A stretch of DNA of 64,000 bases from assembly GCF_963853765.1 (NCBI RefSeq), contig NC_088861.1:1116001-1180000 (forward strand), written 5' to 3'. The position numbers and the translations under genes are program-made. Of this stretch, positions 22,622-34,330 are shown piece by piece; position 1 is the first letter of the stretch; every line of letters begins with the position of its first letter. Source of the stretch: Magallana gigas. Lineage: Eukaryota. Under the pieces are notes generated by a model. That model did no database searches. It was not told the DNA's origin and saw nothing but the letters and a program-made list of their open reading frames with translations.

Positions 22622-25600
22622 ATGGCTTCCTTTATCGGCCGATTATCTGAAATTCAGGCCCTGACGGACACATTTCAGGAGCATAAAGTGGTTGTAATTC
22701 GAGGATTCAAAGGGATTGGAAAATCAGCACTTGCAAGGGAGTTTTGTAAACATTTTCAACGGCCGTTTTACTGGATTGACCTAAGGAATGTTACAATCGC
22801 CAATGAAATTCTGCAAACATTAGTTCGTGTTTTCTTGCAAGAAGCAATTGTATTGGACGATCCAAAATCCTTACTTCAGTTGATTTGTACAAATATTTCA
22901 GGAAGAAGATATCACTTAGTTATTGCATTTGACAATGCAGAGGATGTTGTTAAAGACGCCGATTGCGATTTGTTTGTTGAAATTCTACGTTCACTTTCAA
23001 ACTTGAACAATACAAGCACAGTGGTGACAACCACTGTGAAAATACCAGTCCAAAATGATCAAATCGGCGACTTTTTCTTACAAGAACTGTGTTTTGAGGA
23101 TTCATTTGATCTTTTGAAGAGCGTATGTCCAACACTGACAGACACGAAAAAGATTTCTGCAATTATAAATCTCTGCGAAGGTATTCCGTTGGCATTGCTT
23201 TTGGCAGGTGGAGAAATTGGACCATTGGACGTAGATGAAGTTATCTATCTTCTTAGTCATTACAGACTGAAAGTTTTAAGCTCAGAATGCTATCCAAAAG
23301 AAGAGCAAATAGGTAAGAATCATCAATATTCTTAAGTATTCGAAACAGTGAGAAAATTATTTTCAAAAATCACATTTACTTCACTACAGTGTATTCGGTA
23401 AATGCATACAAAATGGTTATTCGGGAAATGCTTACAATGCTTACGTAAGTCATTTTAATTGTAGAGCCGATATACAAAGGTTTTTTAGACAGACTTCCAA
23501 AGGCTTTGGAAGAAAAGCTGACTGATTTGAATTACATCCCGGGCTCGTTTAATTTAGAGGAAGCTATATCAGTATTAGGTATAAATAGTGAATGGGAAAG
23601 GGCGAAAAAAATTGTGTGGATTTTATTTGAAATACTTTTGTTTTTTAAATTCCTTTGTGTGTGATTTAGATTCAGCAGAAGACGAAGCTAAGGATATAGT
23701 GCAAACGTTTTTTGATCGTCACTTGATCTCGCAAATCTCGGATGACAGACTTGATATCCATGGAATAATAAGAGATTGCTTGAAGGAATATTTTAAAATC
23801 AAGAATATCAAAGGTTTTTCTTATAGTTGAAAATAATACATGATATTACAATGAAAAAGTATAGCCTGTGTAACCTTATTTTATTAGATTCAACTCAAAT
23901 TCAATTGAATGAAAAGTAAAATAAGAAACTTACTAAATGTCTGAATTAGTAGTATAATTAATTACTTCAATAAAAAGTAAGACTGTTTTACTGAAATGTT
24001 TTCCTCAAATGACATGTTCATCAGTCATTAAGAAATCAATCTTTCAATAATTAATTATAAGGTTATTAATCTTTTTCTCTGCAGAAGTTCGCGCTCGCTT
24101 TTGCAAAACATTTTCAGCCATACTGAAACAAATTGAAAAGAAAACTACCACTCAAGAATATGCTGACGCCATATGTACACTTAATTTGGAATATCAAAAC
24201 TTCCAGAAGCTTTTCACTGACGTCATATACTGCACCGAGGACACATATCACGTGTTCATTGATTTAGCAGCAACGACAGTAGCAGGAGGTTCCATAATCT
24301 TTACTACCATGGCAACGTATGGTAAATGTTAATTCTAGAATCCCTGAAAATTATGAGTGACTTATTCTAATCCGTTTTTGTTCGTCTTGTGTTCAACATT
24401 TAAACATTTTTAAATCAACTGTAAATATATATATTCCAAAAAATGTCCATAGGTCCGAGATTAGTTTTTCATCCCACAGAATGGACATATGTTGGCCTTG
24501 ATTTGATTTTTAAAGAAATACTGCATTTCTTTTAAGAAGAACGGTGTCAGGTTAACCTGTTGACACTGTTGTAAATAGGTTTTTTTTTTATAAACCAACA
24601 ATTAAATTAGACTTGAAATGTTTTTTGTTGACGTATTGAACAGTTTCAAGTATGTGTGACTATGTGTACTCCCAAGACCATGTGTACTCCCAAGACCATA
24701 TACTGATTTACCATTTTACCAACCATATATTTTACCGTTGGAAAGAGATTATATTTTTATTGAAACTTTAAAAATGTTAAATAAATACTACAGATACCAA
24801 CACTTACCTAAAATGTTTTGAATATAGAAGGTTGAAATGCTATGTAGCCACTTACAAATATATAAAATACAAAAAGCAAGGATGCATGTGTTTTCTTTAG
24901 GGTTGCAAACGCAAAGTACTAATTTTGACTAATTAGAAATTAATTCAGGGAGGGGGGTGCCAAGAATTTTTTTTTTAAACTTTTAAATGTGAATTTAATA
25001 TCGATCTGGAAAGCGTATCCCAATTTACATTCTAATGTATTTCAATCTACATTTTGATGTGATCGAGGCGATTGTTTGTAATTTTAAATGATGGAGTAAA
25101 AAAATATGATATGGTGTTATTCACCAACATTTTAATGTTTCCCTCTTGTATTGTAATCTGTTACATTTAAGGTTTATTGACATAAGTTGTTTTTGACAAA
25201 TGTACATGTACCGTCTTTCTCAAGCTTACCTGTAGCCATCCGAAAAGTTTATGGCTTAACCGGCCCCTGTACATTAAATTGAGTTTTGTTCATTATCAAT
25301 AATAATGGATAGCTTTTCCAGTCAATTATGTGAAAGAATAAACGCGTAAGCAACCTTTAGATTGTGATTAAAATTACAAAGCAACAAAACATACGAAAAC
25401 CAACATAACAAAAATGTTTGATTAAATACTATAGCCAATGACACCAGTTATCATACCGATGATGGTGATTTTTTCAGATCTAGGAATTCAATTCTACGAG
25501 AATTGTCTGAAAAAGGCAATTGAATTCAAAGAGGAATTGGACGAGGCCAAAGTTTTAACTGGATATGGCAAAATTTTGACGAACATTAAAGTAATACAAT

Positions 25601-27219
25601 CTTACATGTATGGTTGTATGGAAGTAAAGCGTATTTTGTTTCTCTTTTCACACAACTTCATATCAAATATAAAAACTTCTATATACTGTTTTACTTGTTT
25701 GTAAAGGGCGATTGTGTAGAAGCAGAAAAGAAATTTCAAGAAGCTATGGACATAAGAAAACGATTCCCAAATAAGAGAGACTATTTTCTTGCTTTTCTCT
25801 GTCAAAGTTACGGATGGAATCAGGGAGCACAGGGACAATTTGTAAACGCTATAAAGTGAGGATTAAACTTGTATCCTAGAATAAAACTTAAGTAGTAATC
25901 AATTAATTTCTTTTAAATACAGTTTTTATAATAAAAAATAATCAGAACGCAGATGTAAAAGATAATACATTTCAAGATCAATTCTATTTTTGATAACTTC
26001 TACTGAACAAAGTTTTTCTAATTAAGATATCAAAGTTTGGGTATAATTGGATGTTCAAATGTAAAGTTTACGCAACAAAAAAATAATTTTGTAATTTTAA
26101 GAATATTGAAAGAGGCTTTTGAGGTGGAACAAGAGCTTGGGATGCACTACGAAACCCTGATTCTGCAGACTATGCAATCTCTTGCAATCTTTTACAATTT
26201 TTCTGGTAAGACAAGTTATGCACTTTTAAATTTTGATATCTTATATTTGTGATATATTTTGCACATGATATTTAATTTTTCGTGCCTATTTAGGTCATAC
26301 TGAAAAAGGAGAGCCATTGCAACTAGAGGTTCTTAAGCGTAGACTTCATGTCATTGAAACAGAATATCATCCAATTATTGGGTCTATAATGAACAATATG
26401 GGTGTGCTATACGAAAGAAAGGAAGATTTCGCCAAAGCTGCTGAATACTACAGAAAGGGACTTGCCATAAAAGAGCAGACCAATGCACCCATCAAGGCTA
26501 TTATGATATCCGAAAGTAATGTTGCAAGAATTTTACTTGAACTCAATCAGAATGAGGAGGCAATTGAATTAGTAGAAAATGGTTTCAAACGGCTGGAAGA
26601 TATTCCAGGTCTGTTCACAGACACAAGATCATTACTTTTGGAGACACTTGGTAAAGCTCACATAAAAATGGGAAACTTTCGAGAAGCCGCCGTGGCTTTG
26701 AAAAGAGCAATTTCTTGTAGATGCAAAGGTGCTCCAAATGATAATTCCATTTTAAACCTAGTGTGTCTGTATGCAGAAAGTCTCCTTGCATTGTCAGAAT
26801 ATGAAAAGGCTGCACAGGAGATACAAAAAGGTTTCCGTCTAAATGAAACCTTGATCATTAATTATCCAACAAATACAAATATCGCTCTTGCGTATGAAAA
26901 GCTATTGGAAGCTTATTTCGGGTTGAAGAGAAGAGAAGATTTAGACAGAACATATGAAGCAGGCAGGAACGAATTTTTTCGCTTAATTAGAGTCTATGAA
27001 GAAATGAACAACTTCAACAAACGAGAAGATTTGTTAACTCGTTTTCAACGGTTCAAAACACGATACTTGGGAATGTTAAAAGAATTAACTAACGAAATCC
27101 ATGAAGAAAGCCAAGGTACAATAAATGACACGGTCATTTTAATTACCTTAATTGGATTAAAGTTTGTATGTCTTGCATTTTTTTGCATGTGTATCAAATC
27201 AAAAGGAAAAACAAATTAG
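22622..27219 (+). CDS. STAND (NB-ARC-like) NTPase-TPR protein with C-terminal tail anchor, copy 3 (subfamily B), ~825 aa
   Basis: Exons 22622-23312, 23465-23578, 23670-23813, 24085-24321, 25478-25590, 25707-25855, 26102-26205, 26294-27219; total 2478 nt, open frame, same intron phases as copies 1/2. FIGRLSEI, GFKGIGKS, VIAFDNAED, CEGIPL, LDIHGIIRDC, TPRs, C-terminal VILITLIGLKFVCLAFFCMCI-KSKGKTN. Confidence 0.92.
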
Positions 27220-27864
27220 GCATTAATTATTTCTAATTATTTGACTTATATTATAGCTATTAATCTCTGTTTGACAAAACATACAGGATTATCGGGGTTA
27301 TAAAACAGTTTGTGCAAATTGTACTTTCCAGAAAAATGATTAAAAAAGTGATAGTTATATACAATGATTATTAAAAGAGACCTATTGAACAAACTTCTGA
27401 GCGTGTTTATTGAATATTTAAAAACTAACATGGTATTTACTTTGAATGTAAAGTACTAATTGAGAACAATTTTCTTCTCCATACATAACGGCGTATAACC
27501 AATTTTATTTAAAGATTGTGTCCCCTTTCAAAGAATACCGTATGGGGTGCCTAATGGGAAGCGACTTGCTCAGAGCTACCGAAGTTATTTAATTGGATTA
27601 GCCATGTATATGAGAGCTACAATTTTGTAATGTTTTGTTCAGTATGCTAGAAAATATTACAGTTCTAAAGGAAATATATATTACCGAATGTATTATCTGT
27701 ACTTTTACAGAATGGACAGATATTAAGAAAGATTATATTTAAAAAAGTACCATTTAATACATTATCGAAAATGTTCGAGATGAGGTGATAACGACCGTAA
27801 GTAATTTCCTTAATAGGGGATCCGCATGTCACCGACTATGAATATGAATATGAAATTATTTTGG

Positions 27865-27886
27865 CTATCTATCTATCAATCTATCA

Positions 27887-27950
<64 letters not shown>
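27865..27950. repeat. (CTAT)n microsatellite
   Basis: About 21 tandem ctat units with two caat variants. Confidence 0.95.
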
Positions 27951-27951
<1 letters not shown>

Positions 27952-29678
27952 CATGTATATGTTATAAATAAAATAATTATATGAATATGAAGATACACTT
28001 TACCTCCAATTGTCCATTTAATTGCAATCACTGTACGCATATTTTTCCGTAAAAATGGTTCTGAAATGCAAGCTGAATCAAACAATACAAATAGAAAACT
28101 CTGGCTCTTAATTGTTACAATATTTTCAAAATGAAGTAAAACCTACACAAACCCATATAAAGAGGTACAAATTAACCTATAAATGCATTTATTGCATGTG
28201 TCTTTTAATTAAAGTTACTGAATGACATAATGGAAAGTTTATGCATGTTTATGATTAGATGATTAAAAGCGTTTGCATGATACCGAAAAAGTCATTCTTT
28301 AAGGCAAAAGTAAAATTTACAATTCTGCTCTATAAAATGCGTGTTAAGGTCAGTTGTCAATTTTAATGATTTTAAATAACTGATTTTGTTTTAATTATAA
28401 AGACCTTTCATTCAAAGTAATAAATAAAATGTGTCATTTCTCCATAATTTTCTGGGTTTTTTTTTTGTAAACACCGTTTGAGCCATTCACTGTTTATCGA
28501 GAAGCAAGGAAATGATAAAGTTTAAGATGAAAGAACAGAGAAATCAGAGAATTAATGCACAATGTCATCACATGAACACATACACACATTTTCTGCAAAT
28601 ATTGAGGAAATGTGATCCTTGAGATGATTTCCGGCAACGTTAGAATTAATAGATTAAGTTTAACATGTTATTGTAAAATGAAAACTATAATATATAGTGC
28701 GTTTTCCGAAAATATGTCAAGCATGTTACGAAATACAGTAAAACATTTTAAGGACGTACAATCACATAATTGATAAAATCATGTTTTGTTCTAGAATCCT
28801 AACACCGAAGAAAATTAAACGTTATTGACAACAACATTATAATATTTCTTTTGATTGCTTTTAGAAATTTAAGTATATATGATTTGACAGTTTGTAACTT
28901 TCAAAGTATCATGTAGCTATGGTAGGTAAAAGTTTATAGCAAAATTCATGAAGGTCACAGAGCAGCCACGCGTGTGTGCGTGTGCATATGTCTTCGGGCT
29001 TTCACGGTGTCAGGGGGTCGAAGTTTGTGGCCCCCGCAAACTTGAGCCAGTTGATTATTTTTAATCACAAAAATAAACTTCCACTCCCTTTTCTCATAGT
29101 AATAATTTGAACAATTTCATTTTCAAAAAAAAAAATCAACTAAGTTTCTGTAATGAATAATGTTAACTTCTTTATTTCTACGAGTCATCAAAGTGTGTTT
29201 ATTAATACATTTCACTGTGTTTTTAACCTCTTATAATTAATTAAACATGCAACCATGCATTTACATTATGATTATTTTTCTTTGGCATTCAATCCCTTAA
29301 TTCATCGATATAATTGGTAAAATAATGCAAATCATCGAATATAACATCAATACGCACATACGCACTGGTATAGGTAAAATGCTGACGCAACATTTTGGGG
29401 CAGAAAAATGGGTAGAAAACGTTGTCTTATGACTTAATACATCAGTTCATCTTAATTAAAAGTGAACTGCTTTATCTGAATTCCGGTCACAGACCACATG
29501 GCTATAAAAGACGTTTCAAAACACAACTCATTGTTTCAAAATGCAGTAACATGTTTAAAGTGTTTAAAATTATTAGGTATGCTCTAAAAATAACTTGGGG
29601 AATTTACAAGTGGCAATCGAATTAAATACCCAATATCTACATGTAGTTCAAAGTCAAACAAATATCGTCGTCTTGAAA

Positions 29679-32600
29679 ATGGCGTCTTTTGTTGGTCGAT
29701 CTACCGAAATTAAGGCTCTCATAAACAAAATACAACACCATAAATTGGTTGTTATTCGAGGATTTAAAGGAATTGGAAAATCGGCAATTGCGAGGGAGGT
29801 TTGTAAGCATATCCAACAACCATTTTATTGGATTGACCTTCGGAATATTACGATCGCCGATGAAATGCTTCAATCATTGGTTCGTGTTTTCATTCAAGAA
29901 GCAGTTGTCCTGGATGATAAACAATCACTGCTTAGAGCTATTTGTGAAAACATCGTAGGAAAAGGACATCAGATATTAATTGTTTTTGATAATGCAGAAG
30001 ATCTTGTTAAAGACAATGATTGTGGTCTGTTTGTTGAAATCTTACTTTCACTTTCAAACTTGATCAATACAAACATATTGGTGACAACGACTGTAAAAGT
30101 ACCTGTTCAAAAGGATAAAATTGTCGATTTCTTCGTTAAAGAATTATGTTTTGAGGATGCATTTGATCTTTTGAAGAGCGTTTGTCCAACACTGACAGAC
30201 ATAGAAAAGATTTCTGCAATTATAAATCTTTGCGAAGGCATTCCGTTAGCATTGCTTTTGGCAGGTGGAGAAATTGGACCATTGGACGTAGATGAAGTTA
30301 TATATCTTCTTAGTCATTACAGACTGAAGATTCTAAGCTCAGAATGTTATCCAAAAGAAGAACAAATCGGTGAGAAGTTTAACATTTCTGTACCTTGTAA
30401 TGGAGTATCTAAATTATTGAAAATATTTCCATGAGCTTATAAAACCTTCTTTCATGCCCGTTTTCACGTTCACTATTTTTGCTCTATTTCCTCGATACAC
30501 TGCATATAAACGTCACTTTCCTTGTAGAACCCTTGTATAAAAGCTTTTTAGACAGACTTCCAACGGCTTTGGCCGAAAAATTCGCAGTTCTGAATTACAT
30601 TCCGGGCTCGTTTGATTTAAAGGAAGCTTTATCAGTATTAGGTACCAAAGTAGTGGATGATTTTTTTTCTTCGAATTTTTAATATCAAATTCATATTTGC
30701 ATGCGAAAACATCTATTGTTGTCATTTAGGACCTTCGGATGATTTAGAAAAAGAAGATACAATGGAAACATTTTTTCATCGCCATTTGATCTCTCAGACC
30801 ACAGGGGACAGATTTGATATCCATGGAATTTTGAGAGATTGCTTAAAGGAATACTTTAAAATCAAGGATATTAAGGGTTAGTATGTAGTAGTAGGGCTAA
30901 CAAATAAACAACAATTCAAAGATTTGTATATAAACTAGAGATGCATATACGACTATTCGTCAGTATATTAAATTAGTCAATTAAGTCAGTAATAAATTTT
31001 CTTTTTGCAGAAGTCCGAGCTCGCTTTTGCAAAACCTTTTCAGCCATACTGAAACAAATTGAAAAAGAAACCACAACTAAAGAATATGCTGATGCCTTGT
31101 GTAAACTTAATGTGGAGTATCAAAACTTCAAGAAGCTTTTTACTGACGTCATTTACTGCACCGAGGACACATATCACGTGTTTATTGATTTAGCGGCAAC
31201 TACAGTAGCAGGAGGGGCCATCATGTTTACAACAATGGCAACGTATGGTACATGCCGGTCTTTTACCGTATTTCGTCTGTTTTACATTAAATACTTTTCG
31301 TACAAAAATTAGTTTATACATCTGTAGGATTAAATGTATGAAATGCCGTGTGTTTAATTTCATTTGTCGTATTATTGAATACTTTCCCAACATTTTTTGT
31401 TTCAGAAATTGGTATTCGGTTTTATGAAAATTGTCTGAGGAAAGCTATAGAATTCAAAGAGGATTTGGATGAAGCAAAGGTGTTGACTGGATATGGCAAG
31501 ATCTTGACAAACATAAAAGTACAGAACCTATATATTATAATCACTAGAATAACATATATGTATTTTATTGAATATTGTCTTTATCTACAGCAGTTATATT
31601 TTAAGATTTTTCATAATTGTGGAGAAATTTCTTTTTGTCATGAAAGTAATTTTATCTTTATTAAAGGGAGATTGTGTTCAAGCAGAAAGTAAATTTCAGC
31701 GAGCTATGGACATAAGAAGACGACATCCAAATAAGAGGGACTATCATTTTGCTTTTCTCTGTCAAAGTTATGGCTGGAATCAGGGAGCGCAGGGGAAATA
31801 TGTTAACGCTTTGAAGTAAGACTTAACATTTTTTTCTTACATAAAGCCACCTACTTTATTTTAATCAAATGAAAATACATGTCCATTTCAAGTTAAAAAC
31901 TGGTTTTGTCGTCCTTATGTCGGCCTATTGTGAGCTGATCAGGAATAAGTCATACGATCATATTTAATCTGATTTGTATGTTTTTATTACAAGAATTTTG
32001 GGAGAAGCCTTTAAAGTAGAACAGGAGCTGGGGATGCACTACGAAAACCTTATTCTGCAGACCATGCAATCTCTTGCAATCTTTTACAATTTCTCTGGTG
32101 AGACAACAAATTCATATCAAGTTCTTGTATTTTTTCTTCATATTTTATACGCATGTTTAATATTTCCTTATCATTCTAGGACATATTGACAAAGGAGAAC
32201 CGCTGCAACTAGAAGTTTTGAAACGAAGACTTCATGTCATTGGGACAGAAAATCATCCAATTATAGGGTCTATAATGAACAATATGGGTGTGCTATACGA
32301 AAGAAAGGAAGATTTCGCCAAAGCTGCTGAATACTACAGAAAGGGACTTGCCATAAAAGAGCAGACCAATGCACCCATCAAGGCAATAATGATTTCCGCA
32401 CATAATGTCGCGAGGAGTTTACTTAAACTTAAACAAAATGATGAGGCCATTGAATTGATACAGAATGGTTTTAAACGTCTTGAAGATTTCCCGGATCTCT
32501 TTAGCGATACAAGATCATTACTATGGGAAACAATGGGCACAGCTTACATGTCATTGGACAATTTCAAAGAAGCGTCATTGGCCTTTAAAAAGGCCATATA

Positions 32601-33084
32601 TCTTAGAACTCAAACTTCACCACATGATAATTCAATTTTAGGATTAGTGTGTTTGTATGCGAAAAGCCTCCTGGCAATGTCTGAATATACAAAGGTTATT
32701 AGAGAGGTGCAAAAAGGCATGCGTCTCAGCGAATCTATAAGAAAAAATACACCCACAAATCCGACAATTATTTTTACATATGAGAAATTAATGGAAGCTG
32801 AGTTTGCTTTAAAGAGAAGAAATGATCTAGAGAAAACATACATGGCAGGCAAGGACGAGTTTTTTCGCTTAATAAAAGTTTATGAAGAGTTGAAAAACTT
32901 TAACAAACGAGAAGATGTGTTATTACATTTCCAGCGTTTTAGAGCAAGATATTTGGAAATGTTAAGAGAACTAAACAACGAAATTCCCAACGAAATTGAC
33001 AGCGTCGTTTTGATATCCCTTCTTGGTTTAAAGATTGTGTGCATCACGTTTCTGTTTCTGTGCATGAAATCAAAAGAGAAATAA
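29679..33084 (+). CDS. STAND (NB-ARC-like) NTPase-TPR protein with C-terminal tail anchor, copy 4 (subfamily B), ~819 aa
   Basis: Exons 29679-30369, 30528-30641, 30730-30876, 31011-31247, 31406-31518, 31667-31815, 31994-32097, 32180-33084; total 2460 nt, open frame. FVGRSTEI, GFKGIGKS, LIVFDNAED, CEGIPL, FDIHGILRDC, C-terminal VVLISLLGLKIVCITFLFLCM-KSKEK. Confidence 0.92.
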
Positions 33085-33400
33085 ATGTTTTTATGCTTTA
33101 ATCATTGAACCGTTATGGTTAAAATATATTGATGAATCATATAATTTATCTGATTCTTTGGCAGATTCCTTTTTTGATAAGTAAATTGATTAAAAAAAGA
33201 ATCTAACGGTTGGATGAGGTGACGAGACATTGCATTATATTTACATTTTCCAGTATCTTTGCCTGTGATAACACTACGTATCGATTTTGTACTATATAAC
33301 CCATAATACAAATGACGCCAAAATGAGGCGCCAGCGGGGTTTGCTTATATATATTTATATATTTAATCGTGCGATGGCTTAAAATTATATAAATATAAGT

Positions 33401-33596
33401 AATAAGGAATCATTCTTTGAATATTTTGAGGTGATAATTTCGGTCGGGGCGTGATCAAATCTATCATAAAGTATGAGGTGATAATTTCGGTCGGGGCGTG
33501 ATCAAATCTATCATAAAGCCCTTCGGGCTTTATTAGATTTGATCACGCTCCGACCGAAATTATCACCTCATAACACTCAAAGAATGATTCCTTATT
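33401..33596. mobile_element. Long palindromic interspersed repeat (Crypton-like non-autonomous type) with an internal 47-bp tandem duplication
   Basis: Arms aataaggaatcattctttga...tcaaagaatgattccttatt around a gcccttcgggc core. The left-arm block tgaggtgataatttcggtcggggcgtgatcaaatctatcataaag occurs at 33427 and again at 33474. Confidence 0.75.
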
Positions 33597-34104
33597 TAAT
33601 TACTACATTTTCATTGACATTGTTTTTTATTTTAAAAATTTAACAGTTTTGTACATTGAAAACAAAATAAAGATATTCTATATAATTCCTGACTTGTTAC
33701 ACATATTGAACTTAACATGTAAATTAGCACAATATATTTACATACAATTTATCAGGAGACTTTTAAAATGGTATATTTACATCTACCGAGTATTATTTCC
33801 TCTGTTTCTTACGAAAACTTATAGTTAATTCAAAGCTCTGTAGAAACAGCCAGACAGAAATCTACCCGCCCCGTCTATCGATTGGTCGAAATCTACAGCG
33901 GCTGAAACTGACAAGAAACTGACGGGAGTAAAATTGACACGCCCTGTTTATCGATTGGACGAAGCCTACAGCGACCTAAGAAAAATCAAAGACTGCACGA
34001 AATAATCATGATGCTGTCATACTCAAAGTCTCACAGGAGACGATTTGGCTGTTTCTTTTAGCTAACGTACTTACGTACTTTAACAGTAATTAAGTGAGTT
34101 TTAC

Positions 34105-34330
34105 TTACTTTTGATAATCAATTTATTAATTAGTCAAAAGAAAAATGTAAATATAAATAATAAAATGCTTTCTTTGATGATCATGCAGGTTATGAAGGTA
34201 GCGATCATTGCAGAAAAATTTACAAATTTACGCGTTAGCGGGTTCTGTATTTTTTTGCAATGTCGCTACCTTCATATCACGATAGAATGCATTTTATAGT
34301 TTATATTAATTCATTTGAAATGGTATTCAT
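34105..34330 (+). repeat. Interspersed palindromic repeat, copy a (paralog at 59851-60050)
   Basis: ttttacttacttttt...aaaatg(c/t)tttctttgatgat..ggttatgaaggtagc...tcgctaccttcata is shared with 59851-60010; inverted arms tatgaaggtagcga/tcgctaccttcata (34191-34276). Confidence 0.7.

Noticed and set aside
29597-29607. kappaB-like GGGAATTTAC upstream of copy 4
   Set aside because: Mismatch to the consensus and not found at the equivalent position in the other copies.
5017-33065. Many 60-110-aa minus-strand ORFs over the STAND exons (e.g. 5017-5211, 8389-8604, 11777-11971, 26615-26858, 32334-33065)
   Set aside because: Antisense shadows of real coding exons. They recur in paralogs only because the sense strand is duplicated.
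33427-33520. Direct repeats resembling a CRISPR array (also the 41-bp repeats at 37181-37303)
   Set aside because: Eukaryotic context, no unique spacers, only 2-3 adjacent units, no cas genes.
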